Of a DNA stretch of 64,000 nt, positions 38,128-53,100 are shown one piece after another; position 1 is the stretch's first letter, and the number at the start of each line of letters is the position of its first letter. The stretch spans positions 6,384,849-6,448,848 of the forward strand of contig CM082583.2 in the NCBI GenBank assembly GCA_040954595.2. Direction: 5' to 3'. Under the pieces are notes generated by a model, which worked only from the letters and a program-made list of their open reading frames with translations, had not been told where the DNA came from and made no database searches. Source of the stretch: Balanoglossus misakiensis (Eukaryota; Animalia; Hemichordata). The translations under genes were made by a program, and so were the position numbers.

Positions 38128-41100
38128 GTGAGTGTTTATACTTCGTCCAAGTCCTGGCCACGTACAACAGAGAAAGAAGATATTTTCTCAGTCTGTACTG
38201 TTCGCACGTTATAACCTTAACGAATCAGCCATGTTCTGTTACTGTTAGCACCATGACACTCGTCGCAACGAATCTCAGCAAGGTGATTGCCCTTACACTT
38301 CCTCGGAACGGGAGACGGAAGCGGGCAAGACTGCCATGATGTTGTCACGGTTGCCATGGTTTCATAAGGGGTCGTTTATCTAATAGACTTTCTTTATGGT
38401 ACGTCCATCATGTTCTCACCAACCATGTACTACTAGTATTTAGGTAGGAACACACAAACAGTCCATAAACACCAGATGTACTGCTCCATGTCAGCACATT
38501 AATACTATCAGTATTACTTTGCATAGATTGCCGAGCTTCAACTGCTATGGGAGAAATGCATGGACCAGAATCAAGTGGTTGCCAGCGCGTGTTGTGAAGC
38601 GTTGTTTTGTCTGGTGCAGTGTTGTCATGCTGAGTACGACTACGTCTGCAACACTCTCCTGAGTCTCATTCCATCGGGCAGCTGTCTCACAGCAGGACTG
38701 AGGATGCTTAGTGACCTTTTGCTGCTGGAAGTCACGGTGACTTTGAAACAGACACCCGCTGAGGAGTATCAATGTCCATTTCAACTCAGGTAGGTTTTGA
38801 TGTGATTTAACCCTTTCAACCCCGTTGGTCCTCTTCACAGGTCCAACTTTACCATAGGAAACAATGGGGTTGGACTGAATCATGGCGGCGAAAGGGTTAA
38901 TGTTGTAATTTAATGAGTGTGTATAACTTCAAAGACTAATGTAAGCATTACCTTGGGGTGTATTTTTTTGCACATGGTCACCCAATCAAAATCTGTCATT
39001 GGCTAGATCTAAACTTGTCATGGTAACTTTGGTTAAATTTGCATTGGTAATATATACATGTACCTTTAATTTTAGCATTTCTGGAAATCTGTGAAACTGT
39101 AGTATTTGTCTAAATAAGTAAGCAATATTGTATATTTCCATTACAGAACCCCACCCCACCCATTCATATCCGTGGTGACTAACCGTTCAGACTGCTGGCC
39201 TGCATTAGTGGAGCAAGTTAAGTATCTCCTGAGACAAGATGATGACCAGTGAGTTTGTATACATATATGACATTGCTTTTCATTTTTGGTCAAGATTTTA
39301 GTTGATTGATGACTGGAGAAAAAAGTGTGCATGCAGAGATAGCTATTTTTACCTTATGAACCAATTGTGACAGACTGGGCCAAAACAGATGCATATACTT
39401 GTTTTATGTTCATAAGCTGTGATAGACGAGACAGTAGGTGCATGACTCTTTCTCAGAATGAAATCTGCAAAAAAAAAATTACAGAAATGCATGTATGTTG
39501 TTATTTTTTCCACGTACCTTTCAGACTTGGTCTCTGCTGTGTGCTTCTACTGAAACCATTCCTGAAATACGTGCTGCTCAACCCCAACCCAGACATCACA
39601 CAGGCCTCCTTCAGAACACTGCTGTACACAGCATTACTTCAGCTGTGCTCTGAACAAATCAACAAAGCGCCGCAGATGGCTACCTGTTTGGTGGATTTTC
39701 TAATCCAGGTTACACCTCTGATGCAGGTATGCATTCCTAGTTGTTCTGTCTGTAATTTAACACAGGTGATCTGAGAAGCATATCTTTGTTGATACACTTG
39801 TGTATTGCAATACCTGGTATATAGAAATAATCAATCACTTCATGTAATAGACCCTATGTACAGTTGTATACCCAATAGGTCATGTTGCTGTTGACAACAG
39901 TTAGGATACAGGAAGTTCTTGTCTATAATGTCAGAATAAACCTGGACAAGTTTACTTATTATCTGCTCGAGAGTAATCATGATAATTTTGATAAGAATGT
40001 ATTTACATATTTTATTAATTTGATGAGCAAGTACAGCAAAAGAATATACGTGCATCACTAATCCACTGATGTCATTTTTTCCTACAGACCAAACCATTGA
40101 CAGAGCTGACAGAAACTGTAGCCTGTCTCCATAGTCTGACACATTTCATCTGCCACCACCCTGACAAGCTGAACTTGCAGCTGGTGTCGGCTGCTCTAAA
40201 TCTACTGTGTGTTTGTAAGACGCTGCTGGATTCTTCCGGAGATCTGAACAGCAGCCTCACTCTCCTCGTGGAGATCTCTGATATCGTTGCGCTTCCAAGT
40301 GTTGCCATAGCGATGCTAAGTCACCTGCTTGTAAGGATGCCAATGAAGTATGTTGAAGATGTTCTCAGGATTGGTATGTGAGAATTTTATGTTCAGGTGT
40401 TGATGCTAATTTTATTTACTATGTATGCTTGCTGAGTTATTGTCTGTTGTTGGATCCAACACATATGTTATCACTTGTTCTTCTTAAATTTAGTAGTATA
40501 TAGTGTACATCTTGGACTGATCTCCATCTCTACTATAAAAAAATGACATTGCATTTTCTGACTGTTTTCTGTCTTTCTTCCAGTTAAAAACACACTGTCA
40601 AAGTCCTCTTCATCACACCTTTGTTCAATATTGGTGCTACCAGTGCTACAAGTCATCTTGACCTCCCAGGCATCCATTGTCATGGCAACAAGGCAGAAAA
40701 TAGTGTTGCAGTCACTTGCAAAGGACATCCTCGCAGCAGTTGAAAACTTTGAGGGTTGTGACCCAGAGGCGAGGGTTAGTTTCAGACCTTTTTATGTCTA
40801 TATTTTGGCAATGTAACCAAACAGTTGCTTTGGACAGTGTTCTGTTTCATTGTAGAATCCGTTTGATTTTGTATAATTCAAACTTGCCCAACATACAACT
40901 GTATGACTAGAAGCAGTGTAAATGAATGCAAGTACAATAGCATAAGATAACACGTTGACGTTGTATACTAGTATGTGTAACATCAGTGTGATTTTTTCTT
41001 TCAGATAACAAAGATAAATGTTCCCATCACAGACCCATGGCACAGTGCCATGGTAAACTGTACTCACTATGCAGAACAGTTTCAAACAGCTCCCAAAGCA

Positions 41101-44100
41101 GCATTTGATTGGCTTACAGCTGTCCAATCCGAGATGAGGAAAGGTGATCATGTAACAGATGATGTCATCTTACTCCTTAGCCATCTCTTGTTGAGATCTG
41201 ATGGGGTTTTGGTCGATCGGTGTCTGGCAGTCATTAGAAATATGGCGGCCAAAGATATGACAAAGGTACATGTATTATATATATTTTATCCCCACATCAG
41301 GTGATATTTTCTTGTACATGTACATCACACATTCAGACATTACTGATCACATGACTTGTATGAAGAAATACACTGTAAAATGTTGGTAATTTTGAAATGT
41401 TTATGGCAAATAACTGTGGTTGTGGGTTGGTTATTTCTACCATGGAATTACCACTGTTGTGATTTGTAGGATAGCTGGGAAAAGGCCCACAGACATGATG
41501 TTGAACGTTTTGGTAGAATAAACAATAATATATACTGTCACAGTGGAGACTGCATGCTTTATCGTGAATTGTATCCTTAAATCTCATTTGACAGGCACCC
41601 AATTTCCTCTCCCTTCTGCTTTACCGACTGGGACGAGAAAAGGATCCGGACATGAAGGTGAAACTGCTGTATACTATTCCACGTACAGCCACACACAAAG
41701 CGTGTGTAGGACCAGTCTTGAAAACGCTGCAAACTTTAGCCACAGTGCCTTCAATGGAAGCTGTTGCTATCAGACTGCTAACATCTCTATGGAAACTGCA
41801 GGTAAATATCGAAGAGTGTAGTTCAATGATACACAAAATGATATCTAAAGGAAAGACTTGATCATTGCTCTAACCATATAGAAGGTATATTTGTTCATAC
41901 TCATAATATTTTTGTTGTTTTTCTGTGTCCTTTGTGATTTAGGATCGTTGTTTCCCATATCTACAAAAACTGCTAACATTAGTCAAGCCATCAGCCAAGT
42001 CAGTACCATCAGGAGGTGGAGACATATTGGTTGCTAAGGCGGCTTCTGTCAGAGATGTCTGCCAAGAAAGGTATTTACATTTTTTCTGTAGATATCGGCA
42101 TCGTGTTGTGTCTGTAAATATCTATTGCTTATGAATAAATACTATACGTGGCTGATTCAAAGTTTGTAATACATGCACTTCAAAAAATTTCTTTTCTCAC
42201 ACAAAAATGTGTTTTGTTCCTGACAGGCCTCATCAACATGTATCTGAGATGTTGACTGCTGTGCATTGGTTCATATCTGAATTTCCGTCTCCCTCTGGTG
42301 GTCTAATTCCGCCGTCCGTTGATGGTACGGTGGTTGCACTAGCTCTGGAAGGACTCTATTATCTCTGCAAGTCAGAAGTCGTAGACATCAGGACAACATG
42401 GAATGCTCTCTCGTCCAACTTTAACAGAGAAAACAGGTACAGAACAGACAATATTTGTTGTGTATTCAACGATAGAAGTAGCAATTAGATTTGACTGCTT
42501 TACCACTTGAATGGATTTTTTCCCTTTTGACTAGAAGTGTGGTGTGTAAATTTTTGGTTTCCAACATGTAAATTCTTTCTTTCAGCCAGTAGTTCAAACA
42601 GTTTTCAGTGCATTTTTCCCACACAAATGTAGTAAAATCATTAATAAACATACATAAGTATTTTTTTCTGAAGGCCTCTTGTCAACAAGAAACTATGTGA
42701 GATATTTTCACTGGTGCCTGATCTCAATGTGGACACTGAGGAATATGAGGTAAGTTAAAGGTGTCCATGGTGATAATTGATTGTTGTGATAAGTGTTTTA
42801 GTTAGATGTGTCCACTTAAAAGACTGTTAATCAAACAACAAGAAAATTTACTTAACTGACATGTTTTTAATTTTGTAGTAAATGTGATTGAAGTGAAAGA
42901 TTTGTAACACTTTTCGTCCTAGAATTTGTCTCTGAATTCTTCCTTCCTATGTTTGTAGATTGTAGAATATTATGTAAAGTTTTCAAATATAACTGGTATA
43001 ATTAGTTGCACATTAAAGATGGAAGCTTAACACCTTGCCATCCTCCATTAAAATCTTGTCTGTACAATTGCATTCTATTTTGTGTTTGTTTTTTTCTTCA
43101 GGAGTTCCGTGATGAAGTTGTGACTATACTCTGGTCCTTTGCCAAAAACTCCAATCCAGTGTTGAGTGGTGCTGCATATTCAGCATTGTCCTACTTTGAC
43201 GAAGAAGAGTTTAGACTCGATGATCTCCCCGAAAATGTGAGTAGTAAAAAGCGTGAGAATATTTTTTAGTGTGGTGGAGATGCTTGTCTGTAGATTTTAT
43301 TAAATCAGTTTAAACTGACACATATTGCTATTCCCTAAATACGTCATGTTATTCACTGTAGAGAACATGAAATTCCATAACATGACCATTCATGTTAGAT
43401 AAAATGATCTGTATGAATTGATCTGTTGAATTCAAGCAAGCAAGCAGAAATTCATTATCATCCAGTGAAATAACGCCCTCTAGTGGGCAAACACTGGCCC
43501 CAGAGACCAATTTTTAGTGGAGCAAAAACCAGTCACACAAGTGTATTATTGCCGTTATCTATTATAATATCAATGCAGATCAGCAGTGAGGTGAAAGCCA
43601 AGATAACTGCTGCAAAGGAGAGAGAAAGAGGAAAGAGACAACAGGAAGATGATGATGATGAGGAGGAGGAGGATGGAGAGGATGAAGATTTTGATATTCC
43701 CGGAGATTGCTATGTCAAGTTAATGATGCAAGTTGATCCGGTCATTCTGAATGGTAATTTGAATATTTCATCTTATTTTCAAAAATAATAAAAGTTTTCA
43801 ATACTTTAAAATGACAGTTACAGTTTTCTTTTATCTTTTATACACATTTTCTTTTGGGATGATCCAACCTACTACAAAAATATAGGGTAGGCCTAGGGTT
43901 GGACCATTTTAATTATAATGGATAAATGTTATCATCTTTCACCTCTTCTGCAGATTTTCAGAAATTCCTGACATCATTGGCAGCGCAGGAAATGAACAAC
44001 ATGCCAAGAGGGGTCTACCACTCTGCTTTGAAGGGGCAGAAGAAATCCGCAAGCAAAGCCGTGACTGGTGTACCGGCACTGGTCCAACGACAGTACGACA

Positions 44101-47100
44101 AAAATAAACTTCCGGGTTTGAAACAAGGTCTTGCAGGTAATAGAATTTATCAAAGATGTCAGAATCTATCAGTGGTTTTTTGCATTCACTTCTCTCAAAG
44201 ATGTTAATATTTATCAGCACAGCTTTTAGCGATATCGCAGAAACTTTGAGGTTAAAATCTAATACCTTGCGGTATGTTTCAGCTGCATTGTTACTCAGCT
44301 ATGACCCACCGATGGAAACTGGTAAGGATGGAAAACCTGTTCGCAGACACCTGGTTAGTCTGGGACGAACCTATCAAAAAACCCTCAGTGTTCTACTAAA
44401 TGAGGTATGTAAGTGTTGAAGTTATAAGGAAATAATGTGACTGAAACGTTTATCTTCTTTTTTGTGCAATAGATTTCTTACTGATTTGCTTTTAAAACGT
44501 TTTCTCCATACATGTTTCTGTACTCTGTCTGTTTCACTGCTTTTCTTGCACATTTCATGTATGAAGTTTCGGAACTAACTTCCACAGGTTCCAGTGCAAC
44601 CATCGGAATGGTATCGGACAATGTTGATGCCGCAAATGTGGACAATGTTCATGGAGAAGTTGTTCACAGCCATGTTGGAGGTTAGTGACACGACTGTGTT
44701 AATAATAACTGTGTTCATTTTTAACTTGGTCCAGGATTGTGGAAATATATTCTGTATGGCAGAGATCATGCACATGAGAGCTAGGTCATGGAGTCTTGTC
44801 ATGTTGTTTCGGGAAAGAAATATTTGTAGATTCGGTATTTGAAAATTTTTAAAATCATGAATGTGGATTTCACTTCAGGGCAGAAAAGCTGAGCTTGAAA
44901 TGCAGCTGGGTCACAGAGAAATGGATGTGGGTGAATATGAAATTCAGAATAAACAGAAAACTGCTTGGCTTTGGGTTCGAGACAAAGTGACTGATTTGTT
45001 GAAATCAGCCTCAAGGTTGGTCAGGATTCACTGTCTTTCTTGTTTGGGGGGCAAGAAACAGAAAAGCATGAAAATAATGATAACCTGGGCAATGGCCATT
45101 TATTTCAATATGAAAATGCAGTCCTTCTTGGCACAGTCATTCATTTGCATATTGAAATACAGTACAGCTTGGCATATCGTCTTCTCCTTTATAGGGATGT
45201 AAATCTGGATCCATATGCATAACTCAAAACAAATGGGAAGGTCCAAAAACAGGATTGAGTTTCACACCATGGAAATCTGAAACTTGTCACTTTAATGTGA
45301 TAAAAACATTCTGCTAATGATAGTTAGTTGCTATTTTTTTCAGAGGCAACCCATCATTGCAGTACAACTCGGTCTTGGCCATGACTGGTTTAGCAGTGGC
45401 CATCACCAAACACACGTCCACTCTGGAGAAATCTGATGTCGAGGCTGCGGGGAAAATTGCACCAGAACACACCAGTCAAAGCATCTGGTTGAGTATGGCA
45501 ATAGATACAATGATGTGCATATTAGACAGGGATTATGTACCTACTGGGAGAATTTTCAACATGTGCCAACAGGTTAGCTCGCGTATACCTATACATGTGA
45601 AGATTTTTACAAAGATTTTTTTCCCTCTGTGCTGAAGATACTTTTTATGTGCTAAGGTTTCGTTTGAGAGACAAATGAGCATTGGGATTAATGGCCCCAT
45701 GCTTGATGTAAACTTGTGGATGGTTACTAAATGCACAGTTTGATTTTCATTCGTATCACCAGAGAACTTCTGGTCGCAACACCCTATCATCCAGCACTTT
45801 GGCCAAAGCAGCTGCTGCAATGTCTATACCGCAGCTTGCATCACTGATAGTAACAACAGACTCCGACAAAGTCTTCCGAATGATGAAGATGTTGACTGTC
45901 ATGTTACCAGGGCAACCGTCGGCTGATGAGTCACCGGTGCTTCAGTTTCACTGCGGGTTGGGTTTGGGTGTCTTACTGGGTAGACTCTACCAAGAACGTT
46001 TCAGTGAAGTCACAGGAAATGAGGTCAGTATCTTGCAAATAAAGATGTACTTCAATGCAAATATCGGCATAGAAAAAAATCGAGAAATAGTCTATATATA
46101 AACATAAATATTCCTCTTTGGGCCAAACAGTGGTAGATTGGACAGAGAAATGAAGGAAGAAATACAAACTCAGATTTATTTTATATTTATTTCATTTCCT
46201 TGGTACTTAACATGCTGAAGTTGTCAACATTGCCCAAACTACATGTAATTTGAAGATAACCTTCTCATCACACTTGCAGGGTGCCATGGCAACCATGAAA
46301 GCTCTGGATGTTTTGGAACAGACTTGTCTGAATCCCGGCGTGGAAAACATCAATGGTTGCATGCTTGGTCTCGGAGTTGCTCTGTCTTCATTGTGTGGAC
46401 TTGGTGCGACACATTCTAGAGTCCACGTGACGTCAACACACGCCAAGTTGATGGCCCTACTGGAAACCTGGGAAGATGTGGAAAAGTCAGGCATAGCTGT
46501 TCAGGTGAGGTGGACTTTCTGATGTCCCTTACAAAAAATGTTCCATAGATATATATAGTTGATAAAATTCTGTTTCCTATTGAACTTATACATGTATAGA
46601 AATATATAGAATTTTTATGGACATCTATATACTTCTATGAAGTTTTGGTTCATTTTCTACTGTATTCTATTCCATCAAAATCTATAGAATGCTTTACTAC
46701 AGTTTGAAACCTACACATAAAATTCGTAATTTCTGTTTTCAAAAGGCAGTTGTTGTTTTGGAAAAGGCAATTGTTGCCAGTGTTTTTGCTCCAGATGCAT
46801 TGTCAACACACACAGCAAGCTATGATCATAATAAGCAATAGATGAACGAAGCAAAATTCTGAGGCGATTTTTCTACAAATATGAAAGGTTGCAAAGTGCA
46901 TTTCCCCTGTAAGCACAGAGTATAAGAGGATATTCTTCAGTACATTCCAAATGGAATCTTTTCTACCTGACATCAGGGTCAAATCACCTAAGAGGATTTG
47001 GTTTTTTCGCTGATGTCTTTCTTGCAGATGTGCAGAATCATCATGTGCATCTGAACAGAGATATTGGAAAATTAACAACCGCCTTGGGAGGTCTACCTTG

Positions 47101-50100
47101 AGAATTGTTGTGTTTAACAGCACGGGGACACGGTGGCCTATTTAGTCGAGAAACTGATTCCACTGTGTGTCTCGGAAATCCATTGCGCAATTAGTTTACC
47201 ATTTCTGTAATGCAATAGGGCCATATTTGATCGGATTTGAATTTGAAGTGTGTGCTTCTCGCGCTAATGCACCGACAGTGAACATTTCACTTGAACTGTC
47301 GCTGCGTAAAACCATATGACTCTGTGGTTGTATTTGATCATCAATTTCTCTTCTATGTCATGTATGTACTATCTCAATTTCACAGACGCTGTGTATGTGC
47401 CTTGCCTGTGTAACCGTATCGGCTTGCAACTGTAATTACCTGTCTGCTGAAGTGGCCACTCTGGTACTTCAGAAATGCCATTGCCTGTGTCAGCAATACC
47501 CCCAGGTATGATGATGAGATCGAAGGCTTTTCACTCCAGTATCATCCAAGCAAGGTCATCGACCATTGAGATATCCTGATGGGTGTGCACTATCACTGAT
47601 TGATAAACGTTACGGCTTTTTAGTCTCCTTGGATGTAGTCCAGGGTTGGGGGGGTGCAGATTGGGTTCCAAGTGTCCATCCATCTGTATAGTGAAAACTA
47701 TTTGGCATGGCTGGAGCAATTTTCTTCAAACTTGGTATAAAGGACAGTAGACTAATTTTGCTGCTTATTGTTATTATTTAGGTAGGTGGTATCTCCATCA
47801 GCACTGGCCTTCTTTGTGGTGGTTTATGTGCCAGTGGTCACGCCAGCAGTTCTGAAGTCATGGATCAACTTTTTGAAACTTGGAGTCAGGGAGTTGCGTC
47901 ACCTGTAAGTACATACTGCACATATAACATGTGGAGCCTTTCGGTTCATTTTGTCATGAGATGAGATCATACAGGTGTCCATGCAGAAGTTGAGCCACTG
48001 AGAGTATATCGCACTTTCCTTTGCTTTTCAAATTGCCAAACAGTTGAATATTCTTTCTGTGCAGACAAAGACGGCGTTGGAGCAGACGGCCATGTTGCAT
48101 GGACTGGTGACTCTGGTTTCCATGGATACCTCTTTCATCCACATTAACACCGAAGTTATAATGACGTCTGAAGTGCAGAGTAAACAGAACCAAATTGTGA
48201 AGATGTTGACCCAGGTAAGTGGATTTGTGATATACAAATGCATGTATGTACACCATAGTTTACACTTGCCACTGAATGTACAATGATTAAGCTATCAATT
48301 CACTGTCTTTTGTAACATTCAGTTCCAGCAAAATATTTACGCAGCAGTTGATACTTTTATTAGCAGTCAAAGTCAATATTAGAGTTTCTCATAGCAAAGC
48401 GGGATAGCAAATCTGATAATACAATTATGGTGTGACGGCAAAGATGGGTATAGAAAGGTAACAATAACATAGATTGAATTGTATTACGTTTATTTGCCTA
48501 TTTTTGCAGAGTTGGTCTTGTGCTTTTGTTTTGGTTGTGAGATGTACAGATATTTGAAAAATGCATTTAAAAATTTGTTCCCAACCCTACAGATCATAAC
48601 TTCATCTGATGATGTTGGCATGCGAAGCAGTGCATCATGGTTAATAGCCTACCTCTATGCAAGGTCAACCACTGGAACACAGACCAAGGCTAATGGTTAG
48701 TAAACTTTCATGACAGTTTACTTCATTTGCTTCCATTTGTATCTACACATACTTCTGGACATGTCATCATCTTGTCATCATCTGCTACCTGTATTTCAAT
48801 GTGAACTTTGCACTTATAGTCTGCTACCATCTTTTAAAGTGAACCATGACTCATAACCATGTGTGTCTCTAACAAGAAGTAATTTTGTCTTCTAGTTCCA
48901 TCAAACTATTCCTACTTGCCAGACACTAGCGTGATCCGAGCCATAGTCGACTTTCTAATCACTGCTGGCAAGGAAGGACTTGAGACTTTCACGCCGCAAG
49001 TGGTGGATGCTGCCATGACAACGCTTGTCAACATTTCTAAGTCAGCTTTGCCACCTGTGAATTGGACGGCCATTTTGTCTCCTCTTCAGAGGATGAAGTT
49101 TGGTGAGATGTTACGCCCTGTTGATCTTTACTTGTTAATTTAAGTCAACGAGTTGTCAACTGATACTTTTCTAAGATGATATTTTCAGTTAGATTAATAA
49201 TTTTATCAGTATTAAAGGTGTGTGGACACCTCTGGAAATCTGTAGCCATAGATGCATAGGCAAGTGGATTTATACATGTGTAGCCAATCACTCGTTTTGC
49301 TTTGGTGACAAAACAAAAAGTGCGCCACCACATGGTCATAAGAAGAAAACATGAAAATAAACCTTAAGGAGTGTTTCTCAGATTTCACATAACTTCCCAA
49401 CAGATCTTTAGTTCATAGTGTTTTAATATGATTCATTGTTTTCATCCTTGAGTCTGAATATTTCCTGAAAGGTTACCGTTATTGTATCTGCACAGGTAGC
49501 GAAGTCCAATTAAAGTGTGTGCAGTTGGCTGTCAATCAATGCAAATCAGCCAGTAGTGCGTCCATGTTCCTGCAGTCGTTGCTGTCAACGTCCTTGTTCA
49601 GCGCTTTACCAGTAAGTGAATTCAGCGTCATCACCATGTAGATGATCTTTTATTTTTTGATCACCACAGAAAACCTATACATGCACAGTGTCATCGACTC
49701 TCTTGAGCACGTTGAACTGTTACTGAAACAGTAAAGCTCATTTGATTGTGAGGTAAATTGCTTTACAGGAAGACCAGAAGTCAAAGTGATCTATCACATT
49801 CGCTGAAGTGGGAGGTGGGGGGGGGGGGGGTTGGGTTGAGAGTCAACAAAGGCATATTGCACAGTGAAGGGAAGAGTTGTAGGGGGCATCATAAACCAAA
49901 GATTCAAGTTGATGAGGTCAGGGGTCAACACATATCGCAAGCTCTGATGACAAGTGAAAGTTATGTGTTGATGCGCATGAAAAGATAACTAGAAAAAACA
50001 TGGCTTGGGGGAATATACATTTTGATGATGTATAAATGGTAGTTTATGTTGTCAAAATACATGTAAATACCGAACATACATAGTTGGAATAACATATTGA

Positions 50101-53100
50101 ATGTTCGTGTTGACAATTAACCTGCAGCAGGTGGAGACTCGTGGATACCCTCTTCCACAATAACATGTATTCTGTGCGTGTTTGTGATGAACAATGACGT
50201 TAAGGTGGTACATCTTGCTTAGCAACTGATTCAGTGATCCTTGTCGGTATCACAAGGGTACAGACATGAAATCTGAATCAGTTAGGTTTCTCATATCCCG
50301 AAGCCTGTGAAGTGAAGGTGAGAATGTGGTACATAGACAGTCTGTTACTATGGCAACCATCTGTGCAATGCAGCTATGTAAATCAAGTATGCTTGACATG
50401 AAAGTCTGAGTGAGACTGAATGTTTATGAATCTAAAAAACGAACAGCTGTTATTTCCGATTTTCTTCGACAAATGCGCTTTTCTTTAAAGTTTTCTTTTC
50501 TCTTTGCGTTTTTTTCAGGAACCGTGCAAAATTGTCTTGTTTTCTTCCCTTCATGTCCTGCTGAAGGGGCTCCCAATGTCAAAAATCAAACCCTTCATCG
50601 AGTCCAGTCTGTCTGAACCCTTCGCTGTCGCCACACCTGATAACAGCGCCCTCTGTATGTCAGTGTTGACCGGACTGAAGCAAGCGTTGAACCTATCGGA
50701 GCCGCCGCAGTCAGCTACGCTGTTACTGTACAAGTGCGTCGAAAGCATCTACCAATCAATGCCAAATAACATTCAGGTATATATTATTTACAAAGTTGCA
50801 CTTCATTGGTAATAAAACGGATATTCATTCATTTGCATCACAGAAATTATATTTGCCATTAATTTTTTGTATGTTTGAGAGTCGTTTTATTTAGTCCATT
50901 GTGCCTTAAAGTTTTAATGGTGTTATTAAATTATGTGCATTTGTCCTTAACCTGTATTTTACCACTCAACTTCACCAAAGGGAAACCTGAATAGTTTCTG
51001 GTCTGCTTCACATGAATAACAGAATCATGTGTTTCATATTCCCTACCATCTTTTGACAAATTTTCAACAATTTCATAAATAGTTCAGTTGCTTTTCAAAA
51101 TGAATACTGATGCATACCTGTGTATTCACAAATACACAGTTCCAAAATTATGACTCGTATTTATGTTCTACAATTTTAGCAAAAATAAAAATTCAAGGTG
51201 AAATTCTGATTTTTTTTATTGATGACTACCACAGCTTGAAACCTTCAAATGTCCATCGCTCTTAAAAATAATGTGAAAATTACTGCTGATGATAAAGGCT
51301 TAAATAATGGGGTAGACTTTGAACTGCATGGGTGGCTATTTTGAAGGTCGTTAAAACTTGAATATTTCAAACGAATGAAACATTTAGGATTTTTACGACT
51401 AAAATCTATCCGTGCGTCCTAGCCTGATTGCAGCTGTTGCCCAGTTACTTTGTGGTTTGATGGCACTGTTAAAACATTGAAGTTGAATAATTTCAGCAAA
51501 AACCAGTCCGAATATTCACATTTGCCAATGGTCTGATCTGCCTGAGCACTTTTGTCCACAATGTGCACAGCACAATTTTACATGCAGATACATACAGGGA
51601 GAACAACTATCTATAGAGTTATGTGGGTGGGTCATATTAGAGTCGACTGGCATGTCATAACTTGTGAATATGAATCAAGCTGTGGCCAAATCTGATAAGG
51701 CTATTATAAGCATCATGTTACATTTATGTTGTGTCTGAAAAAAAAAGTCAGGTCTCACTGTACTGTGATGCCATAAAGACAGATTTTGTAAAATACTTAG
51801 TTTTTAATAGCTCAGTCACTAGTGTTTAAATCAATGTTTTGTACAAAGTGGATGTAAAATATTACACTTTATACAAAATAAAAGCTCTAGTGGATTTTTA
51901 ATGTAATCAAAAAGACAGGGCAAGTTGCAAAGTGTGTTAATTAAGCATTGCTAATGAAAACAGTGGATAACTTTGACCAAACCATGGTAGTGAAAGGGTT
52001 CAACAGCATTAGAATAATAAAACCCAATTTCTCTTTTATAATGATATTAAAATGTTGCCATATTAAGTCATTTATAACTGTTCGAAAGCAAAGTGGAGTT
52101 CTGAAAATCAACTCATTTTTGTGCTCATTGCAAGCAAAGATAAGTTGAGAGGCAACAGTGCAATTCTCATTAGTGTGTAAGCAGAAAGCCTATATATATA
52201 AATCAGTATAAACGATCAAGTGCTATTTTCTGTTATTGACATCAAGTGTTATTTTTTTGTCTTTTACATTTAGAAATGGCAACTGTCTTTGCTGTCTGCA
52301 CTGTGCGATTGCATGTGTCTGCTGCCATTGGAGGTACTTGACAGAGTGACAAATCCTGCAGATCAGGTAACCATAGTTTTCAATGTTTCTATAATCACAA
52401 GAAAATGAATGTATTTAATTCACATCATGTATGCTCAATGCAGTATATCTGTAGAGAGAGAGAGGGAGAAAGAGAGGAACAAGAGGCAGACAGAATGGCA
52501 GTTAGAGAGGGGTAGGGAGGGATGGAGGGAGGAGGAGGAGGGAGGGAGAGAGGGGCAGACAGCTAGGTTGGCAGGCTGGCTGGCTGGCAGGGAGAGAGAG
52601 ATTAAGAGAGAGAGAAAGAGATTCATAAAAGATATGTTAGTGTTGACCGGTCATTACTAAAAAATGAGATTAAAGTGAAGTGTAATCAAACCAGCAAATG
52701 TAATCTTGCTAACAATTTACAGCAGGTGACTTGGAAAGCATACATCAGATGAATGAAAGCAGGTGAACTGTGTAATTGCTTGCAATGTACGTTACCACTT
52801 GTGAGTAATGAAGCATGAAAACCAATGCTGTCTTTTTCTTTTTCAAGGGCAACCATTTTTCAGAATGAACATGTTGTGTTTACTCCTAATGTTTCATGCT
52901 TACCCAATGGGAACAAATAAGTTTTTCTCAGCGCTGGCACTGGGCAATTGTACTGAAATTGATCACACCATTTTATAGTGGAGGAAAGGTGACTCCATGG
53001 TGATGACCTTTGACCTCTCCGTATTACGGATGGAAGATGAGACTGTGGTTCCATTTGGATGGACAGAGATTTATGAATATTGTTTCCGGGAGTTGTGTAG

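Noticed and set aside
47124-47190. tRNA or SINE head GGGGACACGGTGGCCTA
   Set aside because: No convincing B box or cloverleaf.
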